Source: Raillietiella orientalis (taxonomy: Eukaryota). From it: DNA of 64,000 nucleotides. Below, piece by piece: positions 49,096 through 64,000 of this stretch. Both the position numbers and the translations under genes were made by a program. The notes below the pieces were generated by a model. The model worked only from the letters and a program-made list of their open reading frames with translations, did not search any database and was not told the origin of the DNA. How positions within the stretch are numbered: position 1 is the first letter of the stretch; the number at the start of each line of letters is the position of its first letter. The stretch lies in contig JAYWIR010000029.1 of assembly GCA_036172245.1 (NCBI GenBank), forward strand, positions 2,666,001 through 2,730,000. The letters are read 5' to 3'.

Positions 49096-51449
49096 TTTAA
49101 TCCAACCAGTAAGGAATTTATTTGCATTTGAATTCCTTTATTTCCTCCTAAAGCTTTTTTGTGTTGATCATTTACACTTGCCAACTACATATACACGCAT
49201 AAATTATGCGAATTTGCTGAAAATTGATCGCATGGTTACAAAATAACAGTAAACATGACACAATCTTAGAAACAGGTTTTACAACTTATATGCTCACATA
49301 AAATACGCAAATATTCGCGTTCTATTTGCAATGAATAAAAGTCTGTATTTTAGCAGCATTTCTTTTTTGCAACAGCTTCGCATAGATGCCAGACAACAGG
49401 CGCCAAAGTTTCCACCTAATAACCTCGAGACTAAAAGCCGACATCTCACGAACCATTAAATCACAGAACTCTGAATCTTGCAAGAAAATAACTCGCTTTG
49501 CATAATATTCTTTTAGCTCGCAAAACACATTTACTAAAAGACGTTAATAATCGGAACTAGGATCGGAACAGATGGAGTAAGTTAAAAGAAAATCAGTGCA
49601 CGGGGATTTTTCTACAGTTGTTGGTAAACATGAAATTTTATACATTTTTATGCATTTATCTTGTGTGGAAAACGGTGAGCACAATCGTTCAACTTGAGTT
49701 TTGTAAATGGAATGTGCTCTTCTGAACTTAGTGTTCATGTTTCATACAGATTTCATCATGAGAAGAAATATCAACAAGTTTTAATGTCATTCGCGATTCC
49801 GAATGAGATTTTCCATGCATTCGGAGAACAACTAAAACATAGAATTTTAAAGTGTTTGCAATAATTAGATAAATTATACACCCTATATCGAAAACAATCT
49901 GTTCCTTATCTTCATTCAGCTTCACAATCACTCAATTATAAAAGGTTAGTCATCCATTTAATAGAAAAACATGATTCTGTAATGCAGAACTTCTTAAATG
50001 AACTTTTTGGTATCTATTCAAGTTTTCAACCAGGTCACAATACAATGAACCTAAATAGTGTGGATCCAAATTCACATGAAAGTTCAAAATAAAAGACATG
50101 CAAACTACTATAATGGTATACACCTAAATAATATAAAACTTCATATAGCATAAATTGTAGTGTTTTATGTGCGAAAAGTAGTTAAATATCTAAATTCTAA
50201 TAAATAATACTTCACTTTTCTCTGGAAGGTATCTTATGCGATAACTTGGCACTATCAAGAATTCTAGGCAACCCAATCTGCATTTTGCATTGAAGCAATC
50301 TATGCATCCTTATTGGCATTTTTGAGGTGTTAATCAATTTCAATGCAAATTTCCAATCCTGTTTTAACAGAGTCTAAATCCTGATTCAGTATCCCTTATT
50401 AATGTACTGAGCAAACATTTATTTTGTATTCTTTATGTAACGTTTGTGACAAAGTGGTATGTTAGTATTGGTTTGGATTTTACGACGATAAAGCAACAAA
50501 AATTCACAAAATGCTACATACAGTGGGGCATACAAAAACATCTTAGGAGAGTGCTTATCCGAGGAACTGCAATTTATCACCGGAAAAAAACAAAAAGAAG
50601 CAATACAGTGCTTAATTGCTTCTCTCCTCCCCCCTCCCCTTTCCCCTCCTCCAGACTCACGTTTCCGTGAAGAAATTGCCTTTCCATGAGCCGAGATAGA
50701 AAAATCGTTTATTTCAAGATCATATGCGATACCCAATATTGTAAACGAAACACAAAAGGAATGTGAACATAATAGTGCAAACAAATAAGGGTTAGGATTA
50801 AGGAATCCCAGGACAAAGTGGAACCAGAAAGAAAGATTTTGGGTCTTGCAATATGATTAGTACGACACAAATTCGATGATACAAATCCTAGCAAACACAC
50901 AAACATAAAAAAAAATAACTGAACATATTCTGATTTACAAGTGTTCACACGTGTTCCCAAATAGGAAAGCATAGTTTATCCCTGTGCAGACTATTCACAG
51001 AATTCCATTTGCCTGATTACGAGTAAAATCATCAGATGATTCCCACTTCAACAGGATGCTAAGGTCTGCCATATATGATAATGATTCTGATCAGTTTTGT
51101 TCCATGCCAAATTTAAAAGTGCACTCCTTCCATTGTTCAGTACGTAGATACTTCCCACCAAATAAATCCATGATGATAAAATGATACCAATTATTACTCA
51201 TCATAGGATGTCTTACATTAATGTATTATTACTGTTATCATACTGAGATGTGTTATAGGAGAATCTCTTTTCAATTATTCCTATTCACTCATAATCGACA
51301 TTTTTTTTTTCTAAGAACGGTGCCGGTTCTTGCTGTCTTCCTTGTTGCTGTTGAAAGGATCCCGATTACGGATGATCAAGTTTTATAACAGATAAAGAAA
51401 TGGTTTGATGCTGATAACATTACATAGTAATCAAAACTTGTCCAGCATA

Positions 51450-54050
51450 CTCAATCATACCTCATATAAAAAACAATAGCATTCATCCAGCATTCCTAGG
51501 ATGAATGCCATCATATTTTTTGTTGATGCATAAGTGTATGCAGAATTCTATTTGCTGAAATCCAACTAAACTCAAGGAGAATGCTGTGGGTGACACTAGC
51601 GATGACCTACGCTGTTTAATTATCCAGTTCGTTGGGAATTGCGCTCATAAAATGGGTACTTCAATTTCATAGACATGCGTTTTGAAAATAGCTTTTTTTT
51701 CTTCTTCTTCTTTTGTCCTTCATTTACACATTGTTGTATTGAGTATTTTTCAAAAAAAACGGTATCTTCTGAAGAAATTTTTCGACTTTTTATTCTTCTA
51801 GCAAGAAGTCAGTGCAAATAATGTCTAACAACAGTTGCTGTTGTTAGGCATTGAGAATCGTTTTAAAATTGTAACGTATCAGCAGCGATATGGTGTGGCT
51901 GAAGTTCAGACCATTCTTCAGGGTTCTTTCTTCAAAACGGTTTTGTTTGATTTTTAATTTCTTTATCTCCACCTGCATATCTAAGGATAATAGTTAAAGT
52001 TAATCGTATCAGAGTACACAATAAATGAGAGTCCAAGAACAAGTTTGAATGAAGCTATTCTTTTTGAAGACATGGATACTGAAGTTATTTTGATAGTCCT
52101 TGAGTCCTTCGAAATGCCTTACAAAAGCTTCGTAACTGTGAACCACTTCTGAAATTTATCTGGAACTGATGTGAAAATCATTACGAATAGCCAAAGCACA
52201 ATTAAAGCCTAAATTTAATACATATATTTCTGTCATATTAGTATTTACATTAAACAAGAAATTTCCCCTTCTTGTTGTAAACAAAATATTCTATTAAAGT
52301 ATTCTCCCATGGAAATCCTGAAAGGGATTATCCGAAAAGAGATCGGCATACGGAGCTGTGGTCGAGTGCCAGCGTGGACATACCGATGTATCCTGAAAAG
52401 GATTGAGGGCAATGTTCAAACCCACCCAAACCGACCTATTATGTAGAACCTCAGTGCAGTGACCCCCTGAAGTAAACTTCAATGAAAAAATAATAATGAA
52501 CTTTGCTCGAAGTGGAATGAATGAGGTTGTAGGGTGAATGCAAAAAGAAATAGAATTACCCCACCCTAGTGGGATTGGGGAAAGGCAACCGGAGTATTTC
52601 CAATATGTCCGATTTTTGGTTGTTGGGTCTCTAGGACACCGGATACTATGTTCAGTTTTCTTGGATTTTTTTGCCCGTGTATGACGCAACGCACACGGTG
52701 AATTTAGGAATTTTCAAAGTTCTTTCTTTCGGTCTTTGGTACATAAAGTGAGCATTCTGAGTTGACTGGTGCTGTACCATATACGAATCAACCAGGTATA
52801 TAGAAAAGTTTGTACAATCTAAGCTTGATTGTGGATCCCATCAGTCCCTAATTATCACTTAGTGTTTCCTGTTCAGGCATATCAGTGAGTTCGAGTTAGT
52901 AAACAGACTCGTTTGTCATTTCAGGAGTTTGTTACTTCGATTCTTTTAAGGAAAACGCGTATCTAAGAAAGCTTTTTTTTTTAATCGAGATCATCCTGAA
53001 ATTTTTTCTGCCCCTGATATTCATTCCAGTGCATTTGGTTGTTCTGATCCGAGCTCGTGGAATCCATTAATTATGCCCTAGGTTTCTGCACCATTTGCTC
53101 GTCAGTTTCATAGTCAAACTTAATGGATATTTGGTATTCTTGCCTACACCTGTTGATTGAATCTCGTTCACTCGTCGGAGTTGTCGAAATGTACAATGCT
53201 TTCATGTGTCACTACATGTACAATGCTTTCGTATAGCTTTTCAACTACTGTGGGAGATGGAACATATTCTTGTGAGTTGAACTCGCTTTGTGCTCATAGA
53301 TTTCCTCCACAAAGATGCTTGTACCTTCTAATTGGTAATTAAATCCTTGGTCTATTCTTTCGAGATTTTCATTCCAGTTCTCTCAGCACGAGACCTCATT
53401 ATCTCTACATATTTTCACAGTTGCGTTTTCTTCTTTACTTTCGATGACTCATGTGCTGAATGGAATTCGTTTCTCTTCCTCATTGGCTCGTATCTATATA
53501 AAACAACATGCACAAAGTGCTCCAGCCGCTTCATATTTTGTTGCATGTTTCTAAAGAGAAACTCATCTTTTTTTTTTTTTTTTTCGCTTTCTTAACCTCT
53601 AATCCAGTTATTTAGGTTAGCGAGAAGGAATTTGATTTATTTCCTCCTCCATTTTTACTTTGTTCGTAGTGAAGGGAACGCGCTCATTTTATTGCTCATT
53701 TCGAGATGTCCTAATCTAAGTAAGAGTGGATCTAGGAGAAGCACAAAGAAATTGCCACGAAACTAATCGCACAATGGTCCAGACACAGTAGCAATGTTAA
53801 CACTGTTAAACTCCTCCATGTTGGTAACCGAGGAGATGTTGGGTTTAAATGAGGCAAACTGACCTGTTTGCACACGTGTGTGAATGGTTCTTTGTTCGTA
53901 CTTTTGTAGTCAGGAGAACAGTATTCTGGAATAAGGCTGTATTCTCAGGCGACAAGATGCTGTGGGTGTCTCATCAGCTTCCAGCAAAAAGTGTGGTTGT
54001 GCAATATTTGGTGAGGACCACCTTCTCTTGTCCTTAGGTAATTGCAAAAG
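51450..54050 (-). mobile_element. Possible highly decayed LINE (RT plus RNase H, I-clade-like)
   Basis: Ordered fragmentary motifs on the minus strand: GPHQI (~54010), ALY.FDN (~53190), SKWCRNLG (~53090), KFQDDLD.KKLS (~52990), LRLYK...FVYGTA (~52800), FIVYSD (~52020), VGH..VTHSIL (~51600); many stops and frameshifts. Confidence 0.38.
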
Positions 54051-57000
54051 CGAGCAGTGTTCGTGGAAAAGACGGTTGCTCTGCATATCCTTCTCATCTT
54101 TTTCTATTCTCTCAAGATGTTCATTCGCATTTTGAGATTTCAGGTTTCCGCAACGTCGTGACGTTCCAGCAACAAAAACCGTCCTCATACACTCCGTGAA
54201 TTATGGGAACCAGCTTCTAAATATGGAGTTAAATGACGTCCAGCATCATCAGTTTTCGCTTATCAATTCAGCTTTTTATTTTTCGTGTTTTTGTTTTGTT
54301 TTTTTCTTGAGGACAGAGAAAGCAAGAAGTCAGCGAAAAGATGCTATGAGTGCTTACCACGTTTACAGTTCAGACGAGAAGCTAGTGGATGACTGATTTT
54401 TTTTTTTTTCATTCTTCAGGAAAAATAGTGGAAGGTATTTGAGTTTTAACGAAAATTTGTTATTGAAGCCTTGGTTGCCACCATTGCGTGTCCAAAGCAA
54501 GCAAGAATAGATGCCCCATCTTCAGTTTGATTTAAGTGATCGGAATTATCCATTTTTCTTCGACTTTTTGGAAGAAAAAATTGCTGAACTTGAAATGTTT
54601 CCTTCTAATAAGCTGTGCTGTTGCATTCCATTGGGAAGAGAGCAGTAATTTTATGGGTTCTCGATCAAAATTTGGCCCTATGAAAGTTGCCAGAAATACT
54701 AAAATTTTGAATAGCTTTCAGATTCATTACTGTGAAAAATACTTGTTCTCTTTTATATTTTCATCTTTCTGCAACTCATTACGAGGAAATAAATTCCATT
54801 GAATTTATGAAACTTTTTGCTTAACTTCATCTTTCCGATTAGTGCTTCCATGCCGATCTTGCAAAAGAGTGACTAACCGCTCCTCGAGTACTTAAAAATG
54901 GCGCTTCTTTGCATCAGAGTTCCAAACGAAAGTGTCCAATGAGTGCAAGAATTTGGATTATGAATTATATCTTCTCTTGAAAATCAATGCTTTTGATTTC
55001 ACACTTGCATCTCAATGCACTGTTTTCACTTGAAGGATGGGCTTCGCATTCTATCATCGGTTTAGTTTAACCTGAATATCTGTTCCGTCTGCTGTACTCT
55101 CCTTTAATTGCTTTCCTAGAATTTAAGGCGATCTCATAGAGTGCTCTTTTCACAAACGGAACACTGCAATGCAAGCCTGAAAGATGCTTTGAAAGATGGA
55201 TGGAGATAGAAGGCCGCTTTTACACGATGCTGATCTTATCAGTGGTTCCTATAGGAATGAGTTGAATAGTGATATTATAAAAACTTTGGCATATTTCCTA
55301 ATGCTTTTATGTTGTCATTATTTATCCTAAATCCACTTACTCTTATGCTCGTACTCTTTTATGGAGGTTTGTACTTTCAAATACTTGAACTAACGGAGGT
55401 GGGTGATCTTATCACCTGATGTTTACTTTTAGAAGTCTGCATAAATGGAAAGAGCAGTGGTACTGGATTCGGAGCTTACTGCTTAAATGCTCCTAATTTT
55501 GTAAGTATAGCGAGTGGTGGGGATCCTGCAACCCACAAAGTTCGCTTTCCTCTAGAATCTTTCTGTTAAACTGCAATTAGTCTCCTCCCTACGAGGCTCG
55601 ATGATCCCTCACCTAATCTCAATCTCGGGGTGGTGGAATTACAAGATAAAGCATGAAAAATAAATATTCAGAAATGGATATGCGTTGTGTACATAAAATC
55701 GTAATCCCTAGCACATTTCTTGAACACACAGGCTAAACACAGTTGCGACAAGAACCTTGACCACCACTTCTCTAGACGCTCCAGAAGAACCTGTTAACTA
55801 TGTACTGCTGGCATATCATCGTAATCAGTGAATCTGAACACTTTAAAGATAGATATCGTTTTTAAATGACGCAAATGCGCTACTATTTCTCATGTAAATG
55901 TGTATTTTTACACGTTTACTTAAATGCAATCGGTAGGGTAAATAATTCCACAATTAGGTGACAGGTTTTCCCGGAACAGACATCGGGACATGGTACGATT
56001 TTGTTAATTTCGAGACGAAACGCAGTCTATAAATTATGGACGAGTAGAAATTTTAATAGTTTGCAAAATTAAGTTTCCACAACAGTTTTCCAGAATCATG
56101 GAGACCATCAGTTTTCCAAGGGTTTCCAGAAACGAGCATGAAGTTCTGGTTACAAATTTTCAAGAGGGAAAATCCAGCCTCAGAGCATTTAACAAGGGAT
56201 ACCAGTCCACAGGATGTCATTTCATTTCTTAGGGAATAAACCGGTAATCCGTGAAGGCACGTAAAATGAAAACTCGAAATCAGTTCTTCATGGGTGAAGG
56301 AATGCATTTTGTAGTACAGATGAGGAAACCTGAGGCTCACCTGAAGAGTGGTAAGAAAGACAATGAGAAAGGGAATCACCGGAAGCAGTGTGCTTGAGCA
56401 TTAGGTATAAAGGAGGAACCAGGAATGCAGTGCAGCAGATCATGATGTCCTCGTGGTGAAGAAGGGGATGTTAAAGATCTTCAGGATAGATTTTGGTTGG
56501 AAAGCTGCTTTTAAATATAGCTCTCAGTTTGAAAGTGAGCATTTGGGATGGGAAACAAACCTCCCTCAGATCCATCCTCAGATGATAATTTCAACTTTAG
56601 TGTTCCAGATCTTGTGAGGAAATCCGAATGGTTTGGAATTCACCAGAAAGTAATCTAGCCCAGGGTCACCGTGTTCAGTGAATGACATACAAAACTACAG
56701 AACTCTTGTGGTATTTCACAAATAGCATTTTCTTTTCACAATGTTTAGCCCAAATTTTGATTCCTCGAGGAATACATGAAATTCTTGCTTATCGTTTTTT
56801 TTTTTTTTTTTTATCTGTCCACGATGCATAACTCAACTGATAAAATTAAACTGGTTTTATCAAACCAAGTTGACTGGATTTCTGCCTTAGCCTTAGGTGA
56901 TTTTCTGTCTTTGTGTTTCTATCAAATAAGTTTTTCGATATCCTGCGAACCTCTTACTTAATTCAAAATCTATCAACTTAGGACACCTTTACATCCCATT

Positions 57001-58445
57001 GCGTGAGGCAAAACTGCTTGGTTTTAAAAAAAAAAAAGCGATTTAATAGAATCATATGAATTTCAAGCTAGAATTATATTCATATAAGAATATGAATGAT
57101 AGATGTGTGACATATTATAGTATGATGCATAAATAAATATCTCATGTCCCATTTGTGTGTTAACCAATATAAGATGATAAATTTAAAACCTCAAATTAAT
57201 TTACACAAATCATGTCGTGTGAATGCAGAATATGTGAAGCTCGTTTCCAGTATGGTGGATGTGTTGGATCAATTCTAATCATAATCTTTTTTTTTTTTTT
57301 TTTGTACTTATTTGATTTTGCCATTTGTTTCTATGGCCTTGTAAAACGAAATGTAGGTATAACTCATTTCACTGCTTCGCTTCTGTTTATAGAGTTTTGA
57401 TTTTCTAAGTCACTTTACTTGCTATACACTTTTCTTTCTTCCTGTGAATTTCTTGGCTGGGCACAGTCGATTACTTCCAAAAACACAGAGAGGGAACAAC
57501 TAATTTATGAATTATCAAGATTATCAACATCAAAAAGCATTTTGATCGTTTTTTTTTTTTCTAACTGATTCCATTTCATATTTTTCTCTTCTAATAGCTC
57601 ATTGAATTCTATTGCATACTTTGATTCGTTTCATAAAACTACGTCGAAAATCTGAGTTTTATTCTTGTGGAAACGATGATTTCCGGATGAAATCGCATTA
57701 CGACTGCAATCATAAATTAAGCCCAATTATCTTCTTGAAAGATTTAAATCAACTTTCCTTAAGCTCACGAGAACCTTGTAAAAACGATAAAATGGGACCG
57801 AAGCCCTTGTGATCTGACTTCGGAGAACTTCTACTAACTTGCAACCATTTTCATAGAGCTCTTTTTCCAGTTGCTAACCATGAGCATTGTACGCTAACAA
57901 ATAACATCTTCAGGAATTGACAGTCGAATCAGTGAAATAAAGAGGAACTGCTTTCTGTCGCATGACCGAGACATGTGCTTTCAGGGGGAAGAAAAAAAAG
58001 GAGAGATGCTATCATTCTGCCCAAAATCTCAACGAAATATCCTTAAACAAACAACTGATATCCCCATGTGTTGTGGTTGCTTTATTGAGGATAGATCACT
58101 CTGTGTCTCTAAAAGACCTTTATAGATGGTTGATGGACTGAGCTCCTCGTGACCATAGCCCCCGTGTCCAGCCGTTCCAAATCGCCGGAAACATACTTGA
58201 CGTTTAACAAGACTTACAGGAATTGACGCTTTGTAACACATTATGCTAAACGATATTCATATATGCAACGATCAATGGAATAATAACTGTGAGCATGGGA
58301 GGTAACTGTATTACTGTTGCATTTGCAAGACGATAATTGACAGCAAGGCACTGGGAAGTAATTGGCAACTGGACGTATACTTTGCGAAAGAGAAATAAGA
58401 CTAAAAGTAGAAATTGATTTCTTTTCTGAAACGGTTATAATTAGA

Positions 58446-58450
<5 letters not shown>

Positions 58451-58512
<62 letters not shown>
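58451..58512. repeat. (TA)n microsatellite
   Basis: Directly visible. Confidence 0.97.
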
Positions 58513-58516
<4 letters not shown>

Positions 58517-59604
58517 TAAATAAAATGTATTGATAACAGATTGAGATTGGACTAATAAAAAAAAGAGTGGTATTCGTGGGACCGAACACTAATTCCACCT
58601 TTATTCAAAGGAACTTTGTCACAAAATCTAGTCGAAAGCAAACAAATATGAAAATTTTCAATTTGCTGCACCAAGTGCATACTGCAGTCACTTTTACTTA
58701 CATCAGTGAAGGTGTTCATTAACATGCCAATATTTTTGCATCGGTCTTTTTAAAATAATTTCTTGAAAAGAAAGACACACTCTTCCATATCAGATGCTTT
58801 AATGATTCTTTCCCGTTTTTTATTTTTATCATCTTTAACTGAGATGACGAAAGAAAGATTAGATAAAGGACAGATGGCAATATAGAAAAATCTGCTTTTG
58901 CATAATAACTAATTTTGTATACAATTCAAGAGTGCCTTTCAGAATGTTTCTTAAATTGAGCAAGGACAAAAATAAACAACGTTGGCTGTATGGGTCCATT
59001 TTCCTCCGATGAAAAAATGGTTACCTACCACTTGCCGAATTCGAAGATTTTTGTATAAGGGTACTTCCATAACAGGGGGATCGATCCAAGTCGAGTTACC
59101 AATCGAAAATCCATTTCCTTTCTTAGACTTATATAACTAAAGAAATGCTTGCAAAGGAATTGAATGGAAAGCCGGCAACTCACTTTCTTGACCTATAAAT
59201 TCTCATCAGTTTTAAGCAATGATTTTCTAAAAACAAGAATCCTCACTTACACTTTGCGGGTAATAAAATTAAACCAAACATGAATCCCCATTTGTTCGTA
59301 ATAGGAATGACTCAATCCGGAGCCAAAAGACAAACTGGTCCAGCCCGATGAGTACTCTACTCTAGCGACTCCTTCGCCAACAAAATCAATCACCAATGAT
59401 ACGAAACACTTAAATTTCAGGAGTAAAGTCATGAAAATTTGGAAATTGCTAGTTCTCTAGGAGCTACCAGAGCCCCCCTCCCCAATTTTCACACTAAACT
59501 GCAATTGTGCTCATTGTACGCACTTTTTTCCCCGTTACCAGAGTAGCCCACAGGCCAAAAGACCGTGGAACTAAGTTTCATCACTACATACATCAAGGAT
59601 GATA

Positions 59605-63615
<4,011 letters not shown>

Positions 63616-64000
63616 GCTTTAAATTAACAAATTCTTGCTTCAATCAACCGATATTTCTCTTGGCATGCTTTCACATTCTGTAGACATCGCAGCGTATATT
63701 CAAACTTCACACTAATCACAGCAACCCCTTATGTGTACCAGTGTCCGTACGTTACGTTAAAAAGTACCACATTTTCTTTTCCCACAATTAGCTCTTAAAT
63801 TCTATTTTAAAAGCTAATTGTTTAAACATACATTAATTCTATTTTATTCAAAACAACATGTTTATACAGTTGCTTAGAAAATTTATTCTGTATTTCTTCC
63901 GATATAAATACTGAGTACTATTAATAGCACTGAACACTTAAGTACAAAAGAATGAGTAGATTCAGATATGCTAAATTTTAATATATATTGAATTTTTTCA

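Overview
This is eukaryotic DNA, from an invertebrate animal and probably an arthropod, inferred from gene content and very short introns. I found no prokaryotic features such as operons or CRISPR arrays. Four spliced genes can be built by hand. (1) A lysosomal beta-mannosidase (MANBA, GH2) on the minus strand has 10 exons from 22890 to 393 and runs off the left edge; one intron is GC-AG. (2) An A20/AN1 zinc-finger gene (ZFAND5/6-like) lies on the plus strand at 38426-39267. (3) A BMP type II receptor (BMPR2/wishful thinking-like) on the minus strand at about 47430-49095 appears to lack the long cytoplasmic tail and has no visible signal peptide. (4) A complete 8-exon YME1L i-AAA protease lies on the minus strand at 59605-63615. 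The window divides near 33 kb into a GC-rich left half and an AT-rich right half. The left half holds a putative tRNA-derived SINE family with a doubled B-box head and a GC-rich minisatellite body. It also has three same-strand 3' fragments of an L1/Tx1-like retrotransposon just upstream of MANBA, and a perfect 25-bp inverted repeat carrying two CLEAR-like E-boxes in MANBA intron 1. Most long ORFs in the GC-rich half look spurious. I cannot demonstrate a clearly new biological system. The best leads are the SINE-like family, the E-box palindrome and the tail-less BMPR2. All alignments were done by eye from remembered family motifs; no searches were run.
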